In this document: positions 37,496 to 47,530 of the stretch, piece by piece
Numbering within the stretch: the first letter of the stretch is position 1
Layout: every line of letters begins with the position of its first letter
NCBI GenBank assembly: GCA_038330145.1
Contig: JBBQNR010000003.1
Location: 4,579-68,578, forward strand
Source: Solirubrobacterales bacterium
GTDB lineage: Bacteria > Actinomycetota > Thermoleophilia > Solirubrobacterales > JBBDJG01
Direction: 5' to 3'
DNA length: 64,000 nt
The notes under the pieces: generated by a model
Told to the model about the DNA's origin: nothing
The model's input: the letters and a program-made list of their open reading frames with translations, nothing else
Database searches by the model: none
Position numbers and translations under genes: made by a program

Positions 37496-37900
37496 TCAGC
37501 CCGGGACAAACTCATCCGTTCCCGAAGGCTCCGTCGGCGGTTGCGGGCGGAACGCTGGTGGCAGGCGTCTTGGACCCGGCGAGGGGCGCGGTCGCCTGCT
37601 TCGGCGCAGCCGCGCGCGGTCTCCGCGGCGATTGGCCCGGCGCCCTGCCAGCCGCTGACTCTTCACGGGCCGGGCACTGCGTCGTGGCGCGCGCGGAATG
37701 GGCTCCATCGGCAACACTGCGGGATCGCTCGGGCCGATCGCGGCGTCAGGCGAAGCGGTTGGCGCCGGCCCCTGACGCGTGAGTCCATACACGAGCACGA
37801 GCAGTGCCAGTACGCCAAGCGCCAGGCGACCGACGTTGCCCCACCGGACACGCCGCAGCAGGCCGCCTCGTGGCGAGCTCTCAGGCAGCAGGGGTCGCAC
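37496..37900 (-). CDS. Hypothetical single-TM, Arg/Pro-rich protein (weak call)
   Basis: The only sizeable ORF in the otsA-rpsF gap. One hydrophobic helix 'LALGVLALLVLVYGL'. The rest is low complexity and could be a GC-driven artefact. Confidence 0.3.
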   Translation of the reverse strand: MRPLLPESSPRGGLLRRVRWGNVGRLALGVLALLVLVYGLTRQGPAPTASPDAAIGPSDPAVLPMEPIPRAPRRSARPVKSQRLAGRRANRRGDRARLRRSRRPRPSPGPRRLPPAFRPQPPTEPSGTDEFVPG

Positions 37901-37958
37901 CCCTGGTTAAGCGTGCGGCCGGCCCTGCTCACCCCGGGGGCCGAGAGCGATCTGTCGC

Positions 37959-37964
37959 TATAGT
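37959..37964 (+). promoter_or_regulatory. Possible -10 box (TATAGT) 12 nt upstream of the rpsF ATG, implying a very short or absent leader
   Basis: TATAGT at 37959-37964. No purine-rich SD lies between it and ATG 37977. No convincing -35 box. Confidence 0.3.
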
Positions 37965-37976
37965 CAGCCCTCGCTG

Positions 37977-38588
37977 ATGGGCAAGAGGGACAACAGAGCC
38001 TACGACCTGATGGTCCTGATAGACGCCGATGTGCCAGAAGACCGGCGCACGGGGATCCTTCAGGGCGTCAAGACCTCGATCGACGCCGGCGACGGCGACC
38101 TCAAGGGTGACGCCGAATGGGGAGTGCGCAGGCTGGCCTACGAGATCGACCACCGGCCGGAGGCGTACTACCACCTATTCCAGTTCGAGGCGGCTCCCGA
38201 GCTGCTGGGGCAGCTGGAGCACAACCTCTCGATCGACGACGCCGTCCTGCGCCACCGCATCATCCGCCTGGACAAAGGCATTCCCACGACGACTCCCCGC
38301 CCGAGCGCCTCGGCGCCGCGCTACGCGGAGTCGGAGCGCGGCGCGCCTGATGCGGCTGCGGCCGAAGCCGCTCCAGCCGAAGCCGCTCCTGCCGAGCCTG
38401 CACCGGTTGATGCCGCTCCCGCCGAGCCTGCTCCGGTCGAGGCCGCTGCCGAGGCCGCTGCCGAGGCCGCTGCTCCGGCCGAGACCGCTGCTCCGGCGGA
38501 GGCTCCGGAGCCCACGGCCGCGGAAGGCTCTCTGGCCGAGGCCGCGCCGCCGCCATCCGAGGCGCCGGCCGAGCCTTCGCCTTCCTGA
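37977..38588 (+). CDS. rpsF: 30S ribosomal protein S6 with a long Ala/Pro/Glu-rich C-terminal extension
   Basis: 'YDLMVLIDADV...WGVRRLAYEIDHRPEAYYHLFQFEA'. Conserved rpsF-ssb-rpsR-rplI context. Confidence 0.92.
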   Translation: MGKRDNRAYDLMVLIDADVPEDRRTGILQGVKTSIDAGDGDLKGDAEWGVRRLAYEIDHRPEAYYHLFQFEAAPELLGQLEHNLSIDDAVLRHRIIRLDKGIPTTTPRPSASAPRYAESERGAPDAAAAEAAPAEAAPAEPAPVDAAPAEPAPVEAAAEAAAEAAAPAETAAPAEAPEPTAAEGSLAEAAPPPSEAPAEPSPS

Positions 38589-38753
38589 TCGCGGCCTTGC
38601 TCCCGACCAAGACCTTGCGAGCCTGGATTTTGGGAATTGTTTGCGCTGCTTGACGCTCCGCGGGGGCGAGTAGGGCCGGGTACAGGCTTAGACTGTTTGA
38701 GTTCTTCAAGACTGACTTCAGTGGCTTCGCAGCCACCAAGGGGGTACGAGCAA

Positions 38754-39203
38754 GTGGCAGCAACCAACATCAACCGTGTCATCGTCACCGGCAATCTCAC
38801 GCGAGACCCTGAGCTGCGCTCTACGCCGGGCGGGACCTCGGTGTGCAGCCTTCGGATAGCCGTCAACAGCCGCCGCAAGGAAGGCGACCAGTGGGTCGAC
38901 AAGCCGAACTACTTCGACATCACCGTCTGGGGCCAGCAGGGCGAGAATTGCGCCCAGTACCTGGCGAAAGGCCGCCCCGTCGCGGTCGACGGCCGCCTCA
39001 ACTGGCGCGAGTGGGAGGCACAGGACGGCGGCAAGCGGCAGTCCGTCGATATCATTGCTGACTCGGTCCAGTTTCTCGGGTCGCGTGAAGGTGGCGGCGG
39101 TGGCCAGCAGAATGGGGCGCCGGAGTCTGATCTACAGGCCGACACCTCGGATTTCGAGGGTGCGGCGGTCGGTGGAAAGTCGGACGACGACATCCCCTTC
39201 TAA
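38754..39203 (+). CDS. ssb: Single-stranded DNA-binding protein
   Basis: GTG 38754 preceded by AAGGGGG. 'INRVIVTGNLTRDPELR' OB fold, Gly-rich linker, acidic tip 'DDDIPF'. Confidence 0.92.
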   Translation: MAATNINRVIVTGNLTRDPELRSTPGGTSVCSLRIAVNSRRKEGDQWVDKPNYFDITVWGQQGENCAQYLAKGRPVAVDGRLNWREWEAQDGGKRQSVDIIADSVQFLGSREGGGGGQQNGAPESDLQADTSDFEGAAVGGKSDDDIPF

Positions 39204-39267
39204 CCGGGAGCGGATCGACGCCCACGCGGGCGATCGGATAGAGGATCTAACAGGCAGGTGAATCGGT

Positions 39268-39537
39268 TTGGCAAAGAGAAGCACCCCCAGTAGGCGACCG
39301 CGGACATCGTCCCCCTCCGGCGGCGGCGGGCGCAGGAAGAGCTGCCACTTCTGTCGGGACAAGGTCGACACCATCGACTACAAGGACTTCCAGTCCCTTC
39401 GCCGCTACCTCTCGGATCGCGGCAAGATCCGCTCTCGCCGCATCACCGGCGCCTGCCGGCGGCACCAGAGCCAGCTGGCCAACGCCGTCAGGCGCGCTCG
39501 CGAGCTGGCGCTCCTTCCCTACGTAGCCGAGCGTTAG
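39268..39537 (+). CDS. rpsR: 30S ribosomal protein S18
   Basis: '[42 protein letters not shown]'. TTG start. Confidence 0.92.
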   Translation: MAKRSTPSRRPRTSSPSGGGGRRKSCHFCRDKVDTIDYKDFQSLRRYLSDRGKIRSRRITGACRRHQSQLANAVRRARELALLPYVAER

Positions 39538-39592
39538 ACATCATGTGCGGCCGCAGGCAGCTCGCTCGTACGCAGACGGGGGTGACCGGCTG

Positions 39593-40045
39593 ATGCCACA
39601 GGCGATCTTGCTCAAGGACGTCGACGGTCTCGGCGAGGCCGGGGCCGTGGTGGACGTCTCCTCCGGGTATCTGCGTAACTTCCTCGGCCCCAAAAAACTG
39701 GCGCAGCCGGCGACGCCGGCATCGATCGCCGCCGCCCAGCGGCGACTCGAGCAGGTCGAGCAGGCGGCACAGCAGCAGGAGGAGCGCTCGCGTGAGACCG
39801 TGGCGCTGCTCTCCAAGACCGTGCTCACGATCCCTCACCAGGCCGGCGAGGACGGCCGCCTGTTCGGCACGGTGACCGCCAAGGAGGTGGCGGACGCGAT
39901 CAAGGAGGCTCGGGGCCTCCGCATCGACCGGCGCGCGATCAAGCTCGAGTCACCGATCAGGGAGCTCGGCACCCACATGGTTGAGGTCGAGGTCGCCGAG
40001 GGCGTCACGGCCTCCGTCAAGACGATGGTGGTCGACCAGAATTGA
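39593..40045 (+). CDS. rplI: 50S ribosomal protein L9
   Basis: ATG 39593 'MPQAILLKDVDGLGEAGAVVDVSSGYLRNFL'. About 150 aa. Confidence 0.9.
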   Translation: MPQAILLKDVDGLGEAGAVVDVSSGYLRNFLGPKKLAQPATPASIAAAQRRLEQVEQAAQQQEERSRETVALLSKTVLTIPHQAGEDGRLFGTVTAKEVADAIKEARGLRIDRRAIKLESPIRELGTHMVEVEVAEGVTASVKTMVVDQN

Positions 40046-40079
40046 TCCCCGCCGCCGACGCCTCGATGGTTGACGGGCG

Positions 40080-41492
40080 TTGACGGTAGCGCCGGCCGAA
40101 ACAGCCCTAGCCCCACCTCAGAACATCGAGGCCGAGGAGTCCGTGCTTGGCGCGATGCTGATCGCGGAGGCGGCTATCGCGCCGGTGATCGCGGACGTCC
40201 ACCTGCGGGCCGAGGACTTCTACCGCGAGTCCCACCGCGTCATCTTCAGAGCGGTCATCGCGCTCAACGAGAAGAACGAGGCGATCGACCCGCTCACCGT
40301 CTCCACGGAGCTGCAGGAGCGCGGCGAGCTGGAGAAGGCGGGCGGAAAGCCATACGTGCACCAGCTTGCCTCCAGCGTGCCCACGGCCGGCAACGTCGTC
40401 CACTACGGCATGCTGGTCAAGGAGCAGGCGATGCTGCGCCAGCTGCTCGGCCTGTCGCACGAGATCCAGGCCCAGGTGTCGGAGCGCAAGGGCGAGCCCC
40501 AGCATCTGATGGAGCACTTCGAGCGGCGCCTGTTCGACATCGCCCACGCGGAGACCTCGGGCGAATTCCGGTCCATCCAGGAGGTGCTGCACGAGCACCT
40601 CGACGCGCTCGAGCGCCTCTCGCGAGACGGCCAATCGATGACGGGAACGCCGTCGGGCTTTCGTGACATCGACGACATCACCGGCGGCTTCCAGAAGTCG
40701 AACCTGATCGTGCTCGCCGCCCGGCCGTCGATGGGAAAGAGCGCCCTGGTCGCGAACATCGCCGAGAACGTGGCGGTCAAGTACAACCGCGCGGTCGCGC
40801 TGTTCTCGCTCGAGATGTCGGAGACGGAGCTGGCTCAGCGCTTCATCGCAAGCCAGGCACGGATGTCGGGCGACAAGCTCCGCAAGGGCCAGGTCGCCCG
40901 CAACGACTGGCCGCGGGTGATCAAGGCCTGTGATGCGCTCGAGCGCGCGCCGCTTTGGATCGACGACTCCTCGGACATCGACATCCTCGAGCTGCGGGCA
41001 AAGGCACGCCGGCTGCACGCACAGGAGAAGTCGCGTGGCACGGACGGCCTGGGCCTGATCATCCTGGACTACCTGCAGCTGATGCGGCCGGACCGGTCCT
41101 CGGAGAGTCGTGTCGAGCAGGTGGGCCAGATCAGCCGTGGGCTGAAGATCCTCGCCCGCGAGCTGAACGTGCCGGTGATCGCCGTCTCCCAGCTCAATCG
41201 CTCGCCCGAGCAGCGCCCTGACAAGCGCCCCCTGCTGTCGGACCTTCGCGAGAGCGGCCAGATCGAGCAGGACGCGGACCTGGTGATGTTCATCTATCGC
41301 GACGAGTACTACAACGGCGAGCAAACGGAGAAGCCGGGCGTGGCCGAGATCAACATCGCCAAGCACCGCAACGGACCGGCCGGGCTGTCAATCGACCTGA
41401 CGTTCCTCGAGCGCTTTCCGAAGTTCGCAAGCATTGCCCGCGCCAACGCTCCGGTCGAGCAGCCGGCCGTCGAAGCGCCCACGATCGAGTGA
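40080..41492 (+). CDS. dnaB: Replicative DNA helicase DnaB (no intein)
   Basis: 'PPQNIEAEESVLGAML', Walker A 'ARPSMGKSAL', Walker B 'LIILDYLQLM', 'SQLNR', 'RESGQIEQDADLV'. Confidence 0.95.
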   Translation: MTVAPAETALAPPQNIEAEESVLGAMLIAEAAIAPVIADVHLRAEDFYRESHRVIFRAVIALNEKNEAIDPLTVSTELQERGELEKAGGKPYVHQLASSVPTAGNVVHYGMLVKEQAMLRQLLGLSHEIQAQVSERKGEPQHLMEHFERRLFDIAHAETSGEFRSIQEVLHEHLDALERLSRDGQSMTGTPSGFRDIDDITGGFQKSNLIVLAARPSMGKSALVANIAENVAVKYNRAVALFSLEMSETELAQRFIASQARMSGDKLRKGQVARNDWPRVIKACDALERAPLWIDDSSDIDILELRAKARRLHAQEKSRGTDGLGLIILDYLQLMRPDRSSESRVEQVGQISRGLKILARELNVPVIAVSQLNRSPEQRPDKRPLLSDLRESGQIEQDADLVMFIYRDEYYNGEQTEKPGVAEINIAKHRNGPAGLSIDLTFLERFPKFASIARANAPVEQPAVEAPTIE

Positions 41493-42229
41493 CGAACGGC
41501 TCTGACGGCCGCGAGTGGGTGTGCCCGAAGTGCGAGGGCGCCGGCTTCGTGCTGGACGACAACGACGAGGCCGTTGCCTGCAGCTGCCGTGCGGTGCGGG
41601 TGCGGCGAGCGCGCAGCGTGGGAGTGGCGGCCGTGATTCCGCGTCGCTACCGCGGTGTCTCGTTCGATCGCTCTCCGCTGCCGGAGCTGGAACAGCTGAA
41701 CCCGGCGATCGTGCGCGAGGTGCGCCACTTCATCCACGACATCGAGGGAAACCTGGCCTCAGGCAAGGGCATGTGGCTCACGGGCGACATCGGCACGGGC
41801 AAGTCGACGCTCGCGATGCTGATCTCGAAGGCCGCCATCGACAGTGGCCGCAGCGTCGCCATCTACTCCGTGCCCCAGCTGCTTGCCGAGATCCGCGACA
41901 CCTATAACGCGGACCCGGGTGAGCGCTCCTACATGGATTTCTTCCGCCGTCTCTCGGCCGTCGAGCTGCTTCACCTCGAGGATCTGGGTGCCGAGAAGCA
42001 GACCGACTGGGTGCTGGAGCAGCTCTATTCGCTGATCAACCAGCGCTACGAGGACGAGCGCTCGATCGTCGCCACGACGAACCTCGGTTACGACGAGCTG
42101 GAGCGTCAGGTCGGCGCCCGCACCGCCTCTCGACTGAACGAGATCTGCGGTGAGCTGTGGCCCCTCTACGGCGCCGACCAGCGCATCGTCAACCCTGAGC
42201 GCTATTACCGGTCGGCGGCCGGAGCATGA
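41489..42229 (+). CDS. DnaC/DnaI/IstB-like AAA+ ATPase (putative helicase loader) with an N-terminal Cys4 zinc module
   Basis: 'CPKCEGAG...ACSC', Walker A 'GDIGTGKST', Walker B 'LLHLEDLG', 'VATTNL'. GTG 41489 overlaps the dnaB stop (GTGA). Confidence 0.8.
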   Translation: MTNGSDGREWVCPKCEGAGFVLDDNDEAVACSCRAVRVRRARSVGVAAVIPRRYRGVSFDRSPLPELEQLNPAIVREVRHFIHDIEGNLASGKGMWLTGDIGTGKSTLAMLISKAAIDSGRSVAIYSVPQLLAEIRDTYNADPGERSYMDFFRRLSAVELLHLEDLGAEKQTDWVLEQLYSLINQRYEDERSIVATTNLGYDELERQVGARTASRLNEICGELWPLYGADQRIVNPERYYRSAAGA

Positions 42230-42272
42230 TGCCCGCCCATCGCCGGCGCTGACGCCTTCTAGACTTCTTTAG

Positions 42273-43589
<1,317 letters not shown>

Positions 43590-43621
43590 GGATTGATGCC
43601 GCGGCCCCCGTGCGTGCGGGC

Positions 43622-44320
43622 CTAGGTTCCGAACGGATCCCGCACAGGACGCGGGATCTCGTGCTGCTCCTCCAGGCTGCGCTCGCCGCGGCGCAAGATG
43701 CGCAGAGCGATGACTGTCGCCGCCAGCAGCGACGTCATGCCGAACGTGATCTGGATCCCGACCAGCCCCTCGCGCGTCCAGTAGACGTCCTCGAGTGACA
43801 GCAGCAGCGCGGACTCGTCGAAGGTGAACCCCATGCCGACGCCGAGCGGGATCGCGAGTGTCTCCCGCAAGGTGTCGTCACGTACGAACAGTGCCGCTGC
43901 GCCGGAGGCGAAGGCGATCACGATGCCGGGGATGAAGTGATGAACGTGGGTGCGTCCGACAATCACGTCGAAGAACGGCCGCATGCCGCGGCGCTTGCCG
44001 AAGGCGGTCAGCCGGATCAGGCTGGAGGAGAGCACGAAGGCCGACAGGAGGTTGAACAGCACCGTCTCGCCGGAGGTGGCCTCCCGGTAGCCCCGTCGAC
44101 CGACCTCGACCGTGTCGAGAGCGGCGCGAGCTCCTTTCTGCAGCACCTCCGGCGCCGTTCCAGCGTCCTCGACGACGACTCGGCGGCGCCACAGGCGCCC
44201 GACCTCGCCGGCGGCGACGGCGCCGACCGTGCCGAGCGCGACCAGGCCCAGGCCGAGCGTGCGGCGGTCGAGGTGGTCCAAGTGCCGCGGAACCCTCCTC
44301 CGCCTCCGGCGCATCTTCAA
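43622..44320 (-). CDS. Hypothetical integral membrane protein
   Basis: 232 aa with an Arg-rich N-terminus and about 5 TM helices. No motif recognised. Confidence 0.55.
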   Translation of the reverse strand: MKMRRRRRRVPRHLDHLDRRTLGLGLVALGTVGAVAAGEVGRLWRRRVVVEDAGTAPEVLQKGARAALDTVEVGRRGYREATSGETVLFNLLSAFVLSSSLIRLTAFGKRRGMRPFFDVIVGRTHVHHFIPGIVIAFASGAAALFVRDDTLRETLAIPLGVGMGFTFDESALLLSLEDVYWTREGLVGIQITFGMTSLLAATVIALRILRRGERSLEEQHEIPRPVRDPFGT

Positions 44321-44333
44321 GCGCGCTCCGCCA

Positions 44334-45053
44334 TCAGCGCCACATCTCCAGCAGGTCCTCGGCCGGCACCTCGCGCACCTGGCGAGCGGGGACCCCCATC
44401 ACGACGGCCCGAGCCGGAACGTCCTTGGTCACGACCGCGCCGGCGGCGACGAATGCCTCGACACCGATCTCGACGCCGGGCACCAGCACCGCACCGGCTC
44501 CGACGCGGCAGGCGCGGCGCAGCACGGGCCCGCGCAGCTTCTCGTCGGGAGCGTGGCGGCCCATCGCGTTGTCGTTGGCGGTGACGACGCCCGGCCCCAC
44601 GAACACGTCGTCCTCGATCACCGTGCGAGACGCCAGGTAGGAGTTGGACTGGATGCGCACGAAGGTTCCGATCGAGACCTCGGTCTCGATGCCACAGCCC
44701 CGCCCGATCACGCTGTTGGCTCCGATCGTCGTCTGCTCACGCACCTGGGCATGATCGCCGACGATCGCGCTCTCGCCGATACGTGCGCCGGCGTAGATGA
44801 CTGCCGCCGCACAGACGACCGCGTTGCGCTCGAGAATCAGTGGCTCCAGGTCCTGACTGCTGGACGTCGAAAGCCGGCCCAGGCGTGGGCGCTTGCCGAG
44901 CACGGCAAGGTCCTGCAGCTCGCAGCCGTCCCCAACCATCGTGCCGCTGTGGATCACCACCCCGCCACCGACGACGAGCCCGGTACCTAGCTCCACCTCG
45001 TGGCCGAGCATGAGGCCCGGGGCCAGATCGGAGGAATGGACGCAGAGCTTCAC
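44334..45053 (-). CDS. Hexapeptide-repeat (left-handed beta-helix) acetyltransferase, sugar N-acetyltransferase-like
   Basis: Repeated [LIV]-G-x-x-x-x hexads throughout ('IGESAIVGDHAQVREQTTIGANSVIGRGCGI...'). Confidence 0.8.
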   Translation of the reverse strand: MKLCVHSSDLAPGLMLGHEVELGTGLVVGGGVVIHSGTMVGDGCELQDLAVLGKRPRLGRLSTSSSQDLEPLILERNAVVCAAAVIYAGARIGESAIVGDHAQVREQTTIGANSVIGRGCGIETEVSIGTFVRIQSNSYLASRTVIEDDVFVGPGVVTANDNAMGRHAPDEKLRGPVLRRACRVGAGAVLVPGVEIGVEAFVAAGAVVTKDVPARAVVMGVPARQVREVPAEDLLEMWR

Positions 45054-45086
45054 GCGAGCGCCTGCCCAGCGGCCGATCCCGAACCA

Positions 45087-46106
45087 CTAGCGCACAAGCT
45101 CGAGCCTCTCCGCCACCCCGCCGGACTCGAGCGAGCGCTGAAGCGCCTGAAGCACGCGCACGACCCGCAGGCCGCTGCTCGCGCCCGAGCGCGGCTGGGA
45201 CCCTGTGCGAATGCATTCGACGAAGTGCCGGCACTCGATTCGCAGCGGCTCCTCGTTGGAGACCTGCGGGCTGGTCACGTCACCGGAGCGCGTGATGTAC
45301 TCGCCGTAGTTGTGGAAGTCGGGGTCGAAGCCCTTGTCGTAGACCGTCACCTTTCCGTCCAGCGCCATGTCGTCGAACGAGGCCATGCGCTGCGATCCGA
45401 CGAGCGTGAAGCGGCGCTCCTTGTGGGGATCGAGCCAGGAGAGATGCATGTGGGCGGCTCTGCCGGAGGGGAAGCGCAGGTTGCAGAAGACGACGTCCTC
45501 GACGCCGTCTCGCACGAAGGACTCACCGTGGGCGACCACCTCTTCCGGTTCCTCCCCATCCAGCAGGTGCAGGACAACCGAGACGTCATGTGCTCCCAGG
45601 CTCCAGAGCGCGTTCTCGTCCTCACGGATCTTGCCCAGGTTGAGGCGCTTGGAATAGAGGTAGTAGAGATCGCCCAGGGTTCCCGAATCGAGGATCTGCT
45701 TCAGCTTGTGGACTCCAGGGTGGTACTCCAGCAGGTGACCGACCATCAGCACACGGCCGGAGCTGCCGGCGGCGTCGGCAACGGCGGCAGCCTCCTCGAC
45801 CGAGCGCGCGAGCGGCTTCTCGACGAAGCAGTGCTTGCCCGCCGCCAGCACGCGCAGTGCCAGAGCGGCATGCGACGGAACACCGGTCGCCACAACCACC
45901 GCGTCGAGATCGGGATCGCCCAGAACCTGGTCGAGATCGTCGGTGAACTTCGCGAACGGAAACGTCTTCGCCCAGCGCTCACGCGCCTCGGCGGAGAGGT
46001 CGCAGCACCAGCGCAGCTCGCTGTCCTCAAGCGAGGCGAAGTTGCGTGCCAGATTGGGCCCCCAGTATCCGAGCCCGACCACCCCCACGCGCACCGCGTC
46101 GCTCAC
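45087..46106 (-). CDS. Gfo/Idh/MocA-family NAD(P)-dependent oxidoreductase
   Basis: Start set to GTG 46106, avoiding overlap with wecB. Rossmann motif 'VGVVGLGYWGPNLARN' and 'EKPLA'. Confidence 0.8.
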   Translation of the reverse strand: MSDAVRVGVVGLGYWGPNLARNFASLEDSELRWCCDLSAEARERWAKTFPFAKFTDDLDQVLGDPDLDAVVVATGVPSHAALALRVLAAGKHCFVEKPLARSVEEAAAVADAAGSSGRVLMVGHLLEYHPGVHKLKQILDSGTLGDLYYLYSKRLNLGKIREDENALWSLGAHDVSVVLHLLDGEEPEEVVAHGESFVRDGVEDVVFCNLRFPSGRAAHMHLSWLDPHKERRFTLVGSQRMASFDDMALDGKVTVYDKGFDPDFHNYGEYITRSGDVTSPQVSNEEPLRIECRHFVECIRTGSQPRSGASSGLRVVRVLQALQRSLESGGVAERLELVR

Positions 46107-46171
46107 GTCGTGGGCCTCGATGCCGGCCTTCCTTCCTTCCTGCCTTCCTTCCTCACGGGCATCGAGCGAGT

Positions 46172-47248
46172 CTACTGCCGGGCCCACCCATCGAGAGCCT
46201 CCACGACGTGCTCGCCGGCGTGCCCGCCGCCATACAACTCGGGATGGATGGCCGGCCTCTCGGTCCGCTCCAACGCCCTCAGGACGGCACCTGGGTCCAG
46301 CCCCACCAAACGGTTCCAGCCCAGCTCCACCGTCTCCACCCACTCGGTCGTGTCCCGCAAGGTCAGGCACGGGACCTCGAGCAGGTAGGCCTCCTTCTGG
46401 ACCCCGCCCGAGTCCGTCAGCACGGCGTGCGCATGGCGGACCAGCTTCAGGAAGTCGAGGTAGCCCAGCGGCGGCGTCAACACCAGCCCTTCGCGCGACT
46501 GCAGCCGTTCGAGCGCGCCGGTCCTCTCCAGCCGCGCCCGGGTGCGGGGGTGAACCGGGAAAACGGCCGGCAGCGGCAACGACAGCAGTAGCTCGACGAG
46601 CCGCTCCAGCGGCTCGTCGGCGTCAACGTTGCCCGCGCGATGGGCCGTCACGACCACGTACGACCCTTGCGCCAAGCCGAGTCGCCCGAGCAAGTCCGAA
46701 TCGCGCTCGGCCACGGGCGCCATCATCAGCGTCACGTCAGCCATCACGTCGCCGACCAACTGAACGCCCTCGTCGACGCCCTCGTCGGACAGGTTGCGCA
46801 CCGCCACCCCGGTCGAGCACAGCAGCAGCTCCGAGAGGTGGTCGGCGATGATGCGGTTGCGCTCCTCGGGCATCGAGGAGTCGAAGGACCTCATGCCCGC
46901 CTCGACGTGCGCCAGCGGCAACCCGAGCTTCGCCGCCGACAATGCTCCCGCCAGCGTGCTGTTGGTGTCACCGTAGACGAGCGCGAGGTCCGGCTTGGCC
47001 TCGGCGGCAACCGGCTCGAGCGCGCTCATGATCGCCGACAGTTGCTCTGCCTGGTCACCGGAGCCAACCCCGAGCGATCGTTCGGGTGCGGGTAGCTGAA
47101 GCTCGCGGAAGAACACGGCGGACAATTCGTCGTCGTAGTGTTGTCCGGTGTGGACAAGCGTCTCTCTGTGACGCTCGCGCAACAGCCGCGAGACGGCGGC
47201 CGCCTTCACGAACTGAGGTCGGTTACCGATGATCGTGAGAACGTGCAT
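46172..47248 (-). CDS. wecB: UDP-N-acetylglucosamine 2-epimerase (non-hydrolysing)
   Basis: 'IIGNRPQFVKAA', 'VHTGQHYD', 'LVYGDTNSTLAG', 'HVEAGMRS', 'DSGGVQKEA'. Confidence 0.9.
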   Translation of the reverse strand: MHVLTIIGNRPQFVKAAAVSRLLRERHRETLVHTGQHYDDELSAVFFRELQLPAPERSLGVGSGDQAEQLSAIMSALEPVAAEAKPDLALVYGDTNSTLAGALSAAKLGLPLAHVEAGMRSFDSSMPEERNRIIADHLSELLLCSTGVAVRNLSDEGVDEGVQLVGDVMADVTLMMAPVAERDSDLLGRLGLAQGSYVVVTAHRAGNVDADEPLERLVELLLSLPLPAVFPVHPRTRARLERTGALERLQSREGLVLTPPLGYLDFLKLVRHAHAVLTDSGGVQKEAYLLEVPCLTLRDTTEWVETVELGWNRLVGLDPGAVLRALERTERPAIHPELYGGGHAGEHVVEALDGWARQ

Positions 47249-47458
47249 GCTTTACAGGATCTTTATTGGCATCTTTGGTTATGGAACGTATAGAGTCAGA
47301 CACCACGGACGTTCCACGAAGTAGGAGCAAAGCGGGAGAGAAGAATGCGGGAGTTGGCAAGGGGAGGCCTTGTTACGGGCCTTATGGTTGCGCGTCATCT
47401 CGTTCGGTACGTCGGCTACCAGATAGCGCGCCGCTAGACGCAACTGGGATCGCGTCAA

Positions 47459-47493
47459 CAGCCAAGCTGCGCTTGGCTGTTTGGTCTGTCTGT
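47459..47493 (+). terminator. Terminator-like hairpin plus T-rich tail inside the 282-nt region upstream of the MMPL gene
   Basis: 9-bp stem cagccaagc-tgc-gcttggctg (47459-47479) followed by tttggtctgtctgt. No upstream + strand CDS for it to terminate. Confidence 0.45.
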
Positions 47494-47530
47494 ATAAAGA
47501 GATCCGGATGACTCTCGAGCTCCTGCCGGC

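Noticed and set aside
40080-41492. Intein in DnaB
   Set aside because: The protein is 470 aa with contiguous helicase motifs, which is normal length. No Cys/Ser-...-His-Asn splice-junction insert is present.
47266-47511. 81-aa ORF in the wecB-MMPL intergenic region
   Set aside because: It has a TTG start without an SD and non-coding-like composition. It runs straight through the terminator-like hairpin and has no motif. The region is treated as a candidate RNA or leader instead.
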